Translations under genes and position numbers: made by a program | Origin: Shigella phage Henu12 | Length of the DNA stretch: 64,000 nt | Reading direction: 5' to 3' (one strand) | Sequence record: OQ834936 | Shown here: piece after piece, positions 16,109 through 27,058 of the stretch | How positions within the stretch are numbered: position 1 is the first letter of the stretch | Layout of the letters: every line of letters starts with the position of its first letter | The notes under the pieces: generated by a model | What the model saw: only the letters and a program-made list of their open reading frames with translations | What the model was told of the DNA's origin: nothing | Databases searched by the model: none

Positions 16109-18249
16109 TTACATAGATTTTCTATCCTGAATCTCAGCAATTTTTGCATCGTTCATTCTGGAAGTGCCTTTAATCTTAGTCCAGCCAAGATAACCACAAA
16201 CACGGTTAATCACAGAGATATCATGTGAGTTGCACTTAGGACATAATTCAACATCTGCACTTGGACGGTGACCACAATTTTCACAGATTGCTAAATCAAA
16301 GTTAACACCTTGGTAGAAACCTTTACCCATACCTCTTGTCACACAAGCTCTGATAGCTTTATGGTTCTCTGGGTTAGCAATACGAACATATTGGATATGA
16401 CCACCATTACAAGAGTGGAAGAAAGGTTCTTCTAGGTCTTGCTTTTCAAATGGTGTAATATCTGCACCAACATTCATATGGAAGCTGTTTGTGAAGTATT
16501 CTTTATCAGAAACACCTTTAACAACCCCGAACATATTTCTAAACTGCTTCAATTGCGTACCACAAAGACTCTCAGCAGGTGTACCATAAAGTGCATACAG
16601 GAAGCCGTCTTCCTGCTTAAACTGCTCCAGCTTGCTATTCAGATAGCTTAAAACCTTGCTTGCAATATCACCATCAGACTCATGCAATCTTCTACCTTGA
16701 GCAAGCACTGTTAATTCATCTAATGCGGTCACACCAAAAGATGCTGTAAAAGACTTAACAGTGTCCCAACCAATCTTATCAGTTGGCTTCTTATGACCTT
16801 TATACAATCCACCTTGTGTAAATGCTAAAGGGTTAGAACTTGCTGGCATATTAGCAATCATCTCATAACGCTTCTTATGGAAGCTTCGAATCATTTCAAG
16901 GTATTTGTCAAGCTCTTTCCAGAAGTCTAAATCATTCTCTTCAGAGTACTTGTAAATCATCGGCAGATTAAGAGATACTGCACCAATGTTTGCTCTACCT
17001 GTGTAGAACTCTTTACCTTCCTCATCATAGTAAGGAGATAAGAAAGCCCTACAACCCATTGGAGAGATAACTGCACCTGAACGTTCAAAAGCTTCTGCAA
17101 CAGAACCATGACCAGACACACTTAAGAAGTCTGGATACATAGCTTTAGAGCAACACTCAATAGCCTTATCATAAAGCTGCCCCTGCCAAGGGTCTAACAT
17201 ATGTCTTGTTTCATCATAGATATAAACCAGTTTAGGGAACACAACAGGCTTCTTAGATTTACCTTGACCATTCATCCTAACATCTAGAATAGTCTTAGCA
17301 ACCATAAATTGCAAACGGTTATCTTCACTAGCCATGTCTGGTTCAAGTAAACCAAATGTTAATGTTGTGAATGCAAAGTCACCACGACTGCAAGGAACAG
17401 TGTTCAGTTTCATTTCCAAAGATTGGAATCCTTGAGTTAGTTCAATCTGGAGTTGCTCTTTAGCGTAGTGGTATACTTCCTTGCTTGGAATATTATATTG
17501 CTTTGCTTTTTCCAGATGATACTCAAAAGACTTCTTAGCATATGGCACAAGAACCTTGTCAATCTCTGGGATGGTGAATCCTCCAAACTGCTGTGCAGTT
17601 GCTGAAAGTACAACATCACCGATAACCTGTAAAGCTGAGAGTACAGACTTAGGTTCACAGTACTCAATGCCGGACATTTCAAAGCCACCTTTCAGGACAC
17701 TTCCAATGTCAAACAAGCAGCAGTTAATACCCCCGAAGATTAAATCTCTTAAGTCATGGATATAAATAAATCCATCCTCAATAGCTCTTGTTTCTTCTGG
17801 TGTTAAGTGGTACTGCTTAAAGATTTCTTTTGTCAGATACCCACGAATGATTGAACCTTTTGTAGAGATTAAGCTGCTGTCAAAGTTAGCATTCTCACGG
17901 TCACCTAAGAAGAGTGTGTCTTTAGTTTTCTGGTAAAGTTCATCCCAATTCTGTGCAACCTCTTTACGATAGTTTCTGTAGGTTGAGTATGACTCATAGA
18001 TTTCATGGTTTACCTCTGCCAGAGTTCCCTCTACAATACTGTGAACATCATCTACAGAGATGAGCATAGCATTCTGATTAGTTGCTCTGACAAGCAATCT
18101 CATAAAGGCTGATTCAAGAGCGTGAATAACTTCTAGTGGTAACTCTTTGTAGCCAACTCTATTAGCTGACTTGGTAACTGCTTCGACGATTTTATTTACA
18201 TTTGGTTTTTCCAGTGAACCGTCTTTCTTAATAATTTGTACTTTAACCA
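16109..18249 (-). CDS. nrdD: anaerobic ribonucleoside-triphosphate reductase
   Basis: C-terminal glycyl-radical motif RVCGYLG; start set at MVKVQIIKKDG with AGGAG RBS (track start 18319). Confidence 0.9.
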
Positions 18250-18263
18250 TTCTGACTCCTAAT

Positions 18264-18290
18264 GCAAAAAAGGTCTCCGAAGAGACCCTT
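18264..18290 (-). terminator. intrinsic terminator GGGUCUC-UUCG-GAGACC plus U6
   Basis: Hairpin and U-tract immediately upstream of the nrdD RBS. Confidence 0.7.
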
Positions 18291-18299
18291 ATATTAATT

Positions 18300-18500
18300 C
18301 TACTTAGAAAACTTTTCAATAAGCTTTTTAAGCTTTCCGCTCAAATCATGTTTGATATCTAATATCTCAAAGATAACCCATACTAACATAGCTCCAAACA
18401 GAGCACCTTGTTTTAAATCAGTAAATAGGCTAGTAACCATGAATGCCAGAGCAATCATCGGAGCATCTTCAACAAAACCATCCCATAAACGTTTAAGCAT
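18300..18500 (-). CDS. small membrane protein (66 aa)
   Basis: ORF track; two hydrophobic segments. Confidence 0.45.
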   Translation of the reverse strand: MLKRLWDGFVEDAPMIALAFMVTSLFTDLKQGALFGAMLVWVIFEILDIKHDLSGKLKKLIEKFSK

Positions 18501-18735
18501 TATTCACCTCTGCCATAAAGTTTTGTAGTGTTCCAACAGGTTTCATTTCATTATCTTCAACCTTCATAATGAAAGGCATCTGACGAACAGGTATCTTTGC
18601 AATATCCATCAGGTCACTTAGCTCATAATCTTTCCCAAGCATTCTAACAACATGGTCTAAGCCACGAGCCTGAGCAAAGTTCTTAGCAGTCACACACTGT
18701 GGGCATCCATCTTTTGAGTAAATTACATAAGTCAT
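18493..18735 (-). CDS. nrdH: glutaredoxin-like protein (NrdH-like)
   Basis: CPQC active-site motif near the N-terminus; 80 aa; next to nrdB. Confidence 0.7.
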   Translation of the reverse strand: MTYVIYSKDGCPQCVTAKNFAQARGLDHVVRMLGKDYELSDLMDIAKIPVRQMPFIMKVEDNEMKPVGTLQNFMAEVNNA

Positions 18736-19808
18736 TAAGGAACCTCTAAAAATCCTGAATTTAAATCATCAACAACAGTATTCAAAAGATACGCACCATT
18801 TTGTTGTTCTTGGTTAGCGTTTTGCTCTTTATCAATTTCCATCTTCTTAATCATATATTTCAAAGGTGGTTCTTTAGGAGCTACGAAGTCTCTTGGAATA
18901 CCAAACATATCATACAATGGAGCAGCGTTGTAGTAAACCCATTCGTGAAGAAGTTTTGTATTTAAACCTACAACAGCACGTCCTTCAGAGAAAATATAAT
19001 AAGACCATTTCTCTTCACTTTCAACTACCTCATCCAGAATTACTTTAATTTCTGGGAGTACTTGACGGAAAGCTTCTTGCCACTCTTCATCTTTCAAAGT
19101 TTCTTTTAATGCTTCGATATCAATCTTTGTGTGAATGATTTCGTCAAGCATAATTTTCTGTACTGCTTGTGCAATCCCTTGGAACTTATCTTGTGCATCA
19201 AGTGCAAAGGTACATGCAAAGGATGCCATGAAGGAAATACCCTCAAGTGCTGTTACTGCAAAGAGACCTTTTAAGATTACTTTGTGGAAGTGTAAAGGGT
19301 CTTTCTCCATTAGCTCTTGACGAACATATCTTAAACGATAGTTAATACCTTCGTCAAGAAGTTCTGCCAGTGCTCTGTTCACAGTCTTCAATCTGTCCTG
19401 AACAGCAGCGTTCTGGTTAATCTCATCAAGGATTGTTTCAGGGTTCTTGATACACTGACGAACAATCTCTGAATAAGTTAGTGCATGAAGGTTCTCAATT
19501 TCTGATTGCTTCATGATAGCAGTTGCATAGATATCATCAGAGATGAATGGTGCAAATGCAAAAGCTAAACTCTTAGCAACCTGTGTATCTGCTTCCCATT
19601 GCCATTTCAGAATCTCAAGCATTACACCAGACATTGATTGAGGGACACTCTCAAAGTCTAAACGTGACTGTTCAAATGGGAACTCATCTTCAGACCAGTC
19701 TTGTGCTTTCTGCTGCTTATACAGTTCAAAGATTTTTGGATAGTGTTTATTCAGTGAGTCGAAAGTTTTTCGTTCACCGCCTAAGAAAATTGGATGTGGA
19801 TTAATCAT
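18735..19808 (-). CDS. nrdB: ribonucleotide reductase class Ia beta subunit
   Basis: 357-aa protein with R2-family character by my recognition; directly downstream of nrdA. Confidence 0.88.
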   Translation of the reverse strand: MINPHPIFLGGERKTFDSLNKHYPKIFELYKQQKAQDWSEDEFPFEQSRLDFESVPQSMSGVMLEILKWQWEADTQVAKSLAFAFAPFISDDIYATAIMKQSEIENLHALTYSEIVRQCIKNPETILDEINQNAAVQDRLKTVNRALAELLDEGINYRLRYVRQELMEKDPLHFHKVILKGLFAVTALEGISFMASFACTFALDAQDKFQGIAQAVQKIMLDEIIHTKIDIEALKETLKDEEWQEAFRQVLPEIKVILDEVVESEEKWSYYIFSEGRAVVGLNTKLLHEWVYYNAAPLYDMFGIPRDFVAPKEPPLKYMIKKMEIDKEQNANQEQQNGAYLLNTVVDDLNSGFLEVP

Positions 19809-20080
19809 TCTGGTAAGATTCCTGTATCTAGAAAGTTTCTGGCTTCAGTTGTTGTCATAACAACCCATTTGTCCTTGTTGAACATATCAAGTGGTCTTGC
19901 ATATGTTTGCTTTGGATTAAAACAATCAACATATCGTATATGTTCTTTCCAAGAACCATCTGGCATCTTAACTTTTAAGTCTAAGTCTGCAATATAATAC
20001 AAAGACCGTCTTGGAATATAAAATAAATATAGTGAGTTATCTTTGCTACGTATTCTCGCATTGCGAATTAAATCTAGCAT
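19805..20080 (-). CDS. hypothetical protein between nrdA and nrdB
   Basis: Start set at internal Met with GGAGAAAGG RBS (track start 20188 overlaps nrdA). Confidence 0.45.
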   Translation of the reverse strand: MLDLIRNARIRSKDNSLYLFYIPRRSLYYIADLDLKVKMPDGSWKEHIRYVDCFNPKQTYARPLDMFNKDKWVVMTTTEARNFLDTGILPE

Positions 20081-20103
20081 ACCTTTCTCCAAGTTAATTT
20101 TAG

Positions 20104-20123
20104 AGGGTCTTTTACGACCCTCA
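20104..20123 (-). other. stem-loop GAGGGUC-loop-GACCCUC between nrdA and the downstream gene
   Basis: 7-bp perfect inverted repeat; no clear U-tract. Confidence 0.35.
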
Positions 20124-20135
20124 TAGTTATTCAAA

Positions 20136-22370
20136 CTAAACGCCACAACCCTCACAGTAGGCATCTTGTAGTGCTGATTTACCAACACCGATACGACTGT
20201 TAAGGTAGTACATAGTTTTCAAACCAACAAGGTTTGCATAAATCATGTACTTCAAAGCTTGCTCTAATGATACCTTCTTAGACTTCGAGTAGTCAACATA
20301 GAAATCTGAAGAGATAGCTTGACCAGTGAATTTTTGAACAATTGCATAGCAATCAATCATATCAAATGTGTCAATACCCCAAGCAATTTCATATACATAC
20401 TTCAACTCTTCATAATCAGGTACAATAAACAGAACGTTACCAGTTGCAGACTTCTTAGTTAAGATGAAGTCACGAATAGGGTACAGACCGTTTGTTGTGT
20501 TAGTTGCCAGAGAAGAACTCTCATTAGGCATGTAAGCCTCTAACACAGAGTTACGGATTCCTCCATTTTCTTTGATTCGCTGTGACAGGTCGTCCCAATC
20601 ATAACGAAGTTTTGCATCGTGCTTTTCATCAATTTTCTTGTTAGCAGTCTTAGGTGGAACCCAACCATCAGGGTACTTAGTAAACTGCATGTACTCTGGT
20701 ACACCACGCTCTTTTGCGAGTCTTAAAGATGCTTCATGCAAGAAGTAAGAGTGCATCTCAGCCAACTCATGAAGTTTAGTTTTACCAGCCCTTGATGAGT
20801 AGTTCACATAGTTCTTCGCAAGGTAGTGAGCCACATTAGTAAGGCCAATACCAACAGAACGACGCTTCTGAACATGGTTACGCATCGACGGATACGGATA
20901 ATCCATAAGGTCAATAACGGAGTCAACCATTGCCAGAGCATAATAAGCAACGTCAGCGTATTCATCTTCTGAGATTCTCCCTGCAACCAAACTAGCTAGG
21001 AAGCAAAGAGCAACTTCACCGTCTTCTTTCTTGGCTGTGTAGCTATACAGGTCTCTTTCATCCTCAAAACCGTGAACTGGTAAGACAATCTCCATACACA
21101 GGTTTGACATTTTCAAAGGCTCTTTGAAAGGTGTATGATAGTTTGCGTTGTTAGTAAAGAACGGGTAAACACGTCCTGTAGCATAACGTTGTTGAATAAA
21201 CAACTTGGCAACTTCACGAGCCTTTACACGTTTATGTTTAACACCTGTATGAACTGCGTGACCTACTGCCATAGCAAATTCATCAGCACTTGCTGTGTAG
21301 AACATGTCATACAGTCTTGGTGCATCTTTGTAAGAGAATAGCAACCAATCTGTATCGTACTGTACACATTGCCAGAAGTAATCATTTGCACCAAATGAGT
21401 AATCCATTTCATTAATACGCTTTGCAGGAACCGTTGTAGGGTGCTTCAAGCGTAGCAAATCCTCAATCTGTGGGTCTAATGCAGTGAAGAAGTTATTAGC
21501 TGAACCACCACGACTCTTCTGCTTATTAGCCTCTACAGCAGCACGTACAAGCTTATAATAAGGGAGTTTTCCCATATGCTCAATAGTGTTTTGTCGGATT
21601 CCATCACCAATTGTTCTGGTCTCCATCAGCATACCAATACCTGCTTGCTTAGTGGTCATGTCATAAGCTACTTTTGTAGCAATGCCAAGAGATTCAGCAG
21701 TATCATTTGCTTTAATTAGGCAGCAAGAAGCATAGCCAGATTTTGTAGCTCTCAGACCGTTCAGGTACGGTGTAGGAGCATTAATCTTCAGGTCAGATAG
21801 ATATGTGTAGAGCTTAATAACATCATCTAAACGACGCTGTTTAGGCTGTCTTTCAAAGGCTTTCATAGCCATACCCATGAACATAAACTGTGGAGACTCA
21901 AACAGTTTACCACTTTTAATATCACGAATGCCGTATTTATCACGGAACTGTTTCAGTACTGCATAACCGTATGAGATATCTTTTGAGTGAACGATGTGAC
22001 CTTGTAAATAGTCAATTTCTTCAGGTGTATAATCCATGTGCTCCCAAAGTCCCATCTGTTCCATCTTCATCACGAATGGAAGTAGCTGAGGAACCTTTGT
22101 AAATCCACCAAAAGCTTCTTTGTAGATAATGCCAAGAAGTAGTCTCCCAGCCATATCAGAGTACTCTTGAGTTTGTTTATCAATACAAACGTCAATCATA
22201 GCTTGGTGCATTTCTTTTGTTGTGCAACCTTCATAGACACGCTTCATAGCTTCCATTACAACCTCTGACCAGATAATTCCTCTCTTGTCAGCCCATGAAG
22301 CCCATTTATTTAAACGTTCTGGTTCGAATGGTACGATTGTACCGTCTGATTTGCGAATAGTAGTAATCAT
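20136..22370 (-). CDS. nrdA: ribonucleotide reductase class Ia alpha subunit
   Basis: 744 aa; C-terminal CxxC (YCEGCGV); N-terminal ATP-cone-like region. Confidence 0.92.
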   Translation of the reverse strand: MITTIRKSDGTIVPFEPERLNKWASWADKRGIIWSEVVMEAMKRVYEGCTTKEMHQAMIDVCIDKQTQEYSDMAGRLLLGIIYKEAFGGFTKVPQLLPFVMKMEQMGLWEHMDYTPEEIDYLQGHIVHSKDISYGYAVLKQFRDKYGIRDIKSGKLFESPQFMFMGMAMKAFERQPKQRRLDDVIKLYTYLSDLKINAPTPYLNGLRATKSGYASCCLIKANDTAESLGIATKVAYDMTTKQAGIGMLMETRTIGDGIRQNTIEHMGKLPYYKLVRAAVEANKQKSRGGSANNFFTALDPQIEDLLRLKHPTTVPAKRINEMDYSFGANDYFWQCVQYDTDWLLFSYKDAPRLYDMFYTASADEFAMAVGHAVHTGVKHKRVKAREVAKLFIQQRYATGRVYPFFTNNANYHTPFKEPLKMSNLCMEIVLPVHGFEDERDLYSYTAKKEDGEVALCFLASLVAGRISEDEYADVAYYALAMVDSVIDLMDYPYPSMRNHVQKRRSVGIGLTNVAHYLAKNYVNYSSRAGKTKLHELAEMHSYFLHEASLRLAKERGVPEYMQFTKYPDGWVPPKTANKKIDEKHDAKLRYDWDDLSQRIKENGGIRNSVLEAYMPNESSSLATNTTNGLYPIRDFILTKKSATGNVLFIVPDYEELKYVYEIAWGIDTFDMIDCYAIVQKFTGQAISSDFYVDYSKSKKVSLEQALKYMIYANLVGLKTMYYLNSRIGVGKSALQDAYCEGCGV

Positions 22371-22389
22371 TATATTAAATCCTACAGGT

Positions 22390-22416
22390 GAAAAAGGGTC
22401 TCCGAAGAGACCCCTT
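22390..22416 (-). terminator. intrinsic terminator GGGGUCUC-UUCG-GAGACCC plus U5
   Basis: Hairpin and U-tract upstream of nrdA. Confidence 0.7.
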
Positions 22417-22421
22417 AGAGA

Positions 22422-22757
22422 TTAAATGCTAAAAATCTTTTTACTTACCCAGAGTTCAACGAACTTCTGTGATACTTTTGTCAGTGAACCTTTAGACATT
22501 GCATTCATGTACCAGTAACGTTTACCTTCATCGAATGCCATGTCAAGTTTTTCACTAACATCATCTTCAAGTCGTGCAATTGAGAAGTTGCCACGTACTT
22601 TGCAGACAACACGACCAAATTTGATATCACTGCGACCTTTGCAATCTTCAGTGTACATTACAAAGTCACCATGACGGAGTGTCTCACCAAACTTATCAGT
22701 GCCTAATTCTTCGCCAGATTTAATTTCTTCTTTAGTTAACTTTTTAGCTTTAGACAT
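22422..22757 (-). CDS. hypothetical protein (111 aa)
   Basis: ORF track. Confidence 0.5.
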   Translation of the reverse strand: MSKAKKLTKEEIKSGEELGTDKFGETLRHGDFVMYTEDCKGRSDIKFGRVVCKVRGNFSIARLEDDVSEKLDMAFDEGKRYWYMNAMSKGSLTKVSQKFVELWVSKKIFSI

Positions 22758-23076
22758 GGTATCTATCCAAGTTTCGTTTCAAGTAAATCCACTGGTCATC
22801 TGTGCGCTCTACACCCATGAACAGGGGGGCTACAACAACTTTACCAAAAGTATTTCTGTGCTGGCAAATCTCGTAAGAGTACGGTTTATCAATATTCAGC
22901 CCATACTTATACAACACTGCTGCTAATACTTGTTCATTATCCAGAATCGTTTCTGGCTTCTCTCCGTACTTGTCTAACAGTGAATCATTCATAAACACTG
23001 TCATAGAGAGGTTGTAGTTGGAGAAGTGGCTTTTTGCCACCACTTCTTCACCTTTATTAATGTTCTGTGAATCCAT
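22750..23076 (-). CDS. hypothetical protein (108 aa)
   Basis: ORF track. Confidence 0.45.
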   Translation of the reverse strand: MDSQNINKGEEVVAKSHFSNYNLSMTVFMNDSLLDKYGEKPETILDNEQVLAAVLYKYGLNIDKPYSYEICQHRNTFGKVVVAPLFMGVERTDDQWIYLKRNLDRYHV

Positions 23077-23812
23077 TATAACCGACTCCTTTCAACCACT
23101 GCTTGAGGTTGATTGCATCATAATTCAATTTCGGATATGAGGTTACATGGAACTTCTCACCATCATAGTACACAATATCCGCAAGCCATAATCCATTCTC
23201 ACGGCAGAAATCTTTATCTGCTTTTGAAGAGATTGGTTCAACTTTAGAAAAGTTTTTAATGCCAAGACTACCAAGACTTCCAATCAGTCCTTGGCAGATA
23301 ACGCATGTGTCAGATGTTACCACAAATAATTCTTTTGCGTCAACTTCTGCAATAAAACTTTCAAGTTGAACTTTTGGAAGATTAGACTGTTTCATAATCT
23401 TACCATCAGACTTGCGAATAATTGCAAACCACTCTTTACCTTCAATAATTGATTGACGCAGGTAACATTCATCACCAGTACGTTTTTCAATATCAAACAT
23501 TCGCTGTACAGCTTCTTGATAGTCGTCTGTGTATTTGAGGTTGTTGTTTTCACAAACAGCCTTAATAGCACCATCATGGTCATGCTGTGTCAGGAAAATT
23601 AAACCGTCAAGTACATACTGCAAATCAGCTTGAGCATCAAGGGTCTCAACAGGGTCTTTGGCTTCTACTGCTGCGACTAACTCTCTAGCTTCTTCAAGCA
23701 TACACAGGGATTGACTTTTCAGTGATTCCCAATACTCTGTGCTGTATGGCTCTTTTGGATTATTGCCACAACGTAGATTCCAATCTCTTACGGATTCTCT
23801 GGAATTAAACAT
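23057..23812 (-). CDS. hypothetical protein, N-terminal region weakly MazG/NTP-pyrophosphohydrolase-like
   Basis: Helical acidic segment YWESLKSQSLCMLEEARELVAAVEA; weak call. Confidence 0.35.
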   Translation of the reverse strand: MFNSRESVRDWNLRCGNNPKEPYSTEYWESLKSQSLCMLEEARELVAAVEAKDPVETLDAQADLQYVLDGLIFLTQHDHDGAIKAVCENNNLKYTDDYQEAVQRMFDIEKRTGDECYLRQSIIEGKEWFAIIRKSDGKIMKQSNLPKVQLESFIAEVDAKELFVVTSDTCVICQGLIGSLGSLGIKNFSKVEPISSKADKDFCRENGLWLADIVYYDGEKFHVTSYPKLNYDAINLKQWLKGVGYNGFTEH

Positions 23813-24042
23813 TAAGCCTCCTTATCTTCAAACAACTTTTGTTGAGACTCAATATAGTCCATTCGTTCTTTGAGTTCAACACGTTTGCTTAACAGATGTT
23901 GAATTTGTGATTCCAGAGCATCCATCTCAGCTTCTGTAGCTGACTTAGCTTTATTGATAGTCTCCTTCAGTGCTGCTACGCCGCTCTGGATTTTAGAAAC
24001 ATGGTCATTTTTGATTTTATTAAACATTTTAAACTCTCTCAT
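23812..24042 (-). CDS. small coiled-coil protein (76 aa)
   Basis: ORF track; heptad-like charged sequence. Confidence 0.45.
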   Translation of the reverse strand: MREFKMFNKIKNDHVSKIQSGVAALKETINKAKSATEAEMDALESQIQHLLSKRVELKERMDYIESQQKLFEDKEA

Positions 24043-24529
24043 TAAGTTTCATGATTTTAGTGATTCTCTTCTCAGCTTCATCATAAGTCTCTTTTGTAAG
24101 AAACTTGATTGCTGCAATGTTTGCATTGTAGAAGAGTCGAAGCTTAGAGTCAATCCTTTTTGTCATGACGTCAAACTTATGTTGTAGGTTAGCTTCGCCG
24201 TAAACTAAGCCACCTCGCGTATAGTAAGTCTGGATAATGTAGAAGTCAAATTCTTTTTCACCAAATGCTTCAATATCTTTCTTGATGTACTCAGAAGAAG
24301 TTTGGTAGACCATCCAATCACTTTCTTTTGTCACTACTTTACGTCTGGTCTTTCCAGCAACCTTCTTCTTAGTGATACTGTTAAACTGCTTTTTACCCAA
24401 ATAATATTGACCAGTCTTTTTACAGTATACTAAGTAGACAAATCCGAAGTACTTAGCGGGGTCAATCTCCCCGCATAGTGAAATCCAGTGACCATAAGTA
24501 GGGCAATTGCCAAAACCTTTAATCTTCAT
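24029..24529 (-). CDS. GIY-YIG-like nuclease domain protein (possible homing endonuclease)
   Basis: Segment FGFVYLVYCKKTGQYYLGKK resembles the GIY-(10 aa)-YIG motif. Confidence 0.4.
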   Translation of the reverse strand: MKIKGFGNCPTYGHWISLCGEIDPAKYFGFVYLVYCKKTGQYYLGKKQFNSITKKKVAGKTRRKVVTKESDWMVYQTSSEYIKKDIEAFGEKEFDFYIIQTYYTRGGLVYGEANLQHKFDVMTKRIDSKLRLFYNANIAAIKFLTKETYDEAEKRITKIMKLNERV

Positions 24530-25026
24530 TCATAAGTTTCTCCGTGATTTGCAAACTCTCTGTGGAGTTCTTCTCTTTTCTTTCTAATTGCTTCTTTGGC
24601 ATCATCAACGTTATCAAACAGACCAAGGAAATGTGTTACACCGTGAACCATAATCCTTGCTCTCCACTTCTGTGAAGCTTTGTTGAATGATACACCTTTT
24701 ACACCAGATGTATTGTTGGAGTGTATTTTTCTATTCCAACAATTTTCAGCTTGAGTGCAAACTCTCAAGTTCATTCTTCGGTTGTCATCAGTAATTCCGT
24801 TACGATGGTCTACACGGTCTGGTAAGAACCCCTCTGTGTAAAGAATGGCTAAATCATGAGCCATGTATGATTTTCTCTTTATGGTAATCCTGATATAACC
24901 CCTTTTATGGGGTGTTCCAGCAACTGAACCAATGACTGTCCTATTAGCCGATTTCTTCAACCAAGTAAAGACCCCTGTTTCGGGGTCATAGTGTAGATAT
25001 TCTTTAAGAATCTGCCGAGTTAACAT
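24526..25026 (-). CDS. HNH homing endonuclease with AP2-like DNA-binding domain
   Basis: Motifs YDPETGVFTW, VDHRNGITDDNRRMNLRVCTQAENCWN and a C-terminal AP2-like block; paralogue of the 34605-35120 gene. Start set at internal Met (track 25062). Confidence 0.65.
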   Translation of the reverse strand: MLTRQILKEYLHYDPETGVFTWLKKSANRTVIGSVAGTPHKRGYIRITIKRKSYMAHDLAILYTEGFLPDRVDHRNGITDDNRRMNLRVCTQAENCWNRKIHSNNTSGVKGVSFNKASQKWRARIMVHGVTHFLGLFDNVDDAKEAIRKKREELHREFANHGETYE

Positions 25027-26077
25027 TTGGTGTCCACCCATACTTATCAAAAGTGAAATCATCTTTCTTATTTCTTTCCTGATAAGCTAAGAAAAAGTGT
25101 TGCTGCATTAACTCTAAAGGTGTTCTGGTAATTGTCTGACCATCCCATGAAACATAAGTGTAAGAGTCTTTCTTAGCATACAGTTCATAAATTGCATCAA
25201 GACATTCTTTGTAAGTAGTTTTACCTTCAAGAGCTTTCATTACTGCAACTTTACCAGCACCCTTTAAACCGAAGTAGTTATCTGCGTTATCACCAGCTAC
25301 GGCTTGGTAGCAGAGGAATTTAAATCCTACTCCAACTGTCTTCTTAGCTTTTGGTGTAGATTTTATTGGGCAATCCCAAATTTCACCAACGTTATTATCA
25401 GCGATAAAAATCAATGGGGCTTTCTCATAAGTCATATCAATGCAGTAAGTACCTTCAGCTTGTCGAAGGTCTTTGTCAATACTCATGAGGGCAGCTTTTT
25501 TACCCATCTTTTCAGCTTTTGCAATAACGATAGAGTCAGCTTCAAACCCATCAAGAATCAGCTTAAACTCTGGTCGTGACAGAAGATACTCACGACAAGC
25601 AACTAGGTGTGTAGGTGTTACAGCTTCTTTTCTGTTACCTTGGTATTGGTGTTCAAGACCTTTGATATCCTTGTGTTTGTGAACACCTTTCTCAGTAAGG
25701 TAACCCATCCATTTGCGTTCTTTACCAACGACTTTCAACCACTCCTGAAGAACTTGCTGTGTAGCCATAATTGCTTCAGCTTCACTTTTAGCTTCTTTCC
25801 AAGTCTGTCTTTCCCATTCATCTTCATCAAAGTCAAGTCCTAACTCTTCAGTTAAAACTCTTTGGTCAGACAACCATTGTGCTGCCAGTTTTGCACTATC
25901 AAAAGCATCGGATTCTTCAGCAGTGATTTTATTCACATACTTGTACTTTGCTTTTTCAACTACACAAGCACCTTTGTAAGCAATGCTATCAGAGTCAATA
26001 AAGACGTGTGTAACGCTCTCTGGGAGCTTTGTTAAGGTGTATTGTTCCATTGTACTCTCCATACGAAAAAGCCCCAT
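25004..26077 (-). CDS. 5'-3' exonuclease / flap endonuclease (RNase H-like)
   Basis: Motif AVAGDNADNYFGLKGAGKVAVMKALEG resembles the 5'-nuclease helix-3-turn-helix signature. Confidence 0.65.
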   Translation of the reverse strand: MGLFRMESTMEQYTLTKLPESVTHVFIDSDSIAYKGACVVEKAKYKYVNKITAEESDAFDSAKLAAQWLSDQRVLTEELGLDFDEDEWERQTWKEAKSEAEAIMATQQVLQEWLKVVGKERKWMGYLTEKGVHKHKDIKGLEHQYQGNRKEAVTPTHLVACREYLLSRPEFKLILDGFEADSIVIAKAEKMGKKAALMSIDKDLRQAEGTYCIDMTYEKAPLIFIADNNVGEIWDCPIKSTPKAKKTVGVGFKFLCYQAVAGDNADNYFGLKGAGKVAVMKALEGKTTYKECLDAIYELYAKKDSYTYVSWDGQTITRTPLELMQQHFFLAYQERNKKDDFTFDKYGWTPNVNSADS

Positions 26078-26096
26078 ACGTCTGTACAGGGCTTTG
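26066..26096 (-). terminator. putative intrinsic terminator (AAGCCC...GGGCUU plus U5)
   Basis: Hairpin with 14-nt loop and U-tract downstream of the SSB candidate. Confidence 0.45.
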
Positions 26097-26112
26097 TAGT
26101 AGTTACTGACTA

Positions 26113-26973
26113 TTACTCGTCGTCAGTTTCGAAATCATCTTCGTCGTCATCATCTGGGTTTGGCAGGTCGTCGTCATCGTCATCACCACCTTTACCTTCA
26201 TCACCAGAATCTTTTGCATCTTCTTCAGTGATTTCACCGTTGTCTTCAACACCTGCAAGACCAAGCATTGCCAGTTCATCTTCATCCAGTTCAGTCTCAG
26301 TAGCACCACCAGTACCACCAGTGTAAGGAACCAGAGTATCAATGATAAATTGTTCCTGAATTGGCTTGGTCAGAACGTTACCTTCAAATGTGTAGAAGTG
26401 AGTCGCCAGAATCACACTACCAAATGAACCGTTACCAACTGCAATATCTGGATGAATTACATCGTAAGTCTTATCATCATCGTGCTTATCAGATTTTGCT
26501 GCCTTGATTTTCTTCATAGGCTGCTTAACTGCAACACGCTTACCGTTGATTTCTTCAACCAGCATTACAGGGAAACTCTGTTTTGCTGACCACACAGCAC
26601 CGTCTTTATATGCTGCTGAACGGCTAACCTTCAGGATGTGATAGGTGTCAGCTTCAAACGGAGGCTCACAACCAAACTTCTCTTCGAAGTCATCTGCATC
26701 AACAGCCTCTGTAGTAACTTTATCCCAACCTTCAGGACTCTTTTTAGACTTGGTGAACTCTTTAAAGAGCTTGTTACCATCTTTTGCCAGAATTGAAACG
26801 CTGTAGTTACAATCTTTGCCCGGAAAATGCTTATCCACAGATTTACCCTTTTGAGGACGTGGAATAGTGTTCAGGTAATAGAACCAAACATCTTTCAGCA
26901 GGTAACGAAGAGTCTCACGTTCTTGACCATTGTACTTCTCTACCGGAGCTTTCATTTTAACAACTTTAGACAT
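26113..26973 (-). CDS. putative single-stranded DNA-binding protein (T7 gp2.5-like, acidic C-terminal tail)
   Basis: C-terminus GDDDDDDLPNPDDDDEDDFETDDE; sits among T7-type replication genes. Confidence 0.5.
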   Translation of the reverse strand: MSKVVKMKAPVEKYNGQERETLRYLLKDVWFYYLNTIPRPQKGKSVDKHFPGKDCNYSVSILAKDGNKLFKEFTKSKKSPEGWDKVTTEAVDADDFEEKFGCEPPFEADTYHILKVSRSAAYKDGAVWSAKQSFPVMLVEEINGKRVAVKQPMKKIKAAKSDKHDDDKTYDVIHPDIAVGNGSFGSVILATHFYTFEGNVLTKPIQEQFIIDTLVPYTGGTGGATETELDEDELAMLGLAGVEDNGEITEEDAKDSGDEGKGGDDDDDDLPNPDDDDEDDFETDDE

Positions 26974-27024
26974 TTTAATACCTCTTTCTCAAATTAACTT
27001 TCAACTCAACTATCAAGGAGTACA

Positions 27025-27053
27025 ATCTTACAGACTTCGTACTCCCTTGTCAA
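27025..27053 (-). promoter_or_regulatory. sigma70-like promoter TTGACAAGG-N-TAAGAT upstream of the SSB candidate
   Basis: -35 at 27053-27048, 17-nt spacer, -10 at 27030-27025. Confidence 0.45.
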
Positions 27054-27058
27054 ACACT

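Noticed and set aside
26042-26326. Ser/Pro-rich plus-strand ORF and the overlapping minus-strand 26103-26342 ORF
   Set aside because: Both are alternative frames of the acidic-tail coding region of the SSB candidate (GAT/GAC repeats read as Ser/Ile in other frames).
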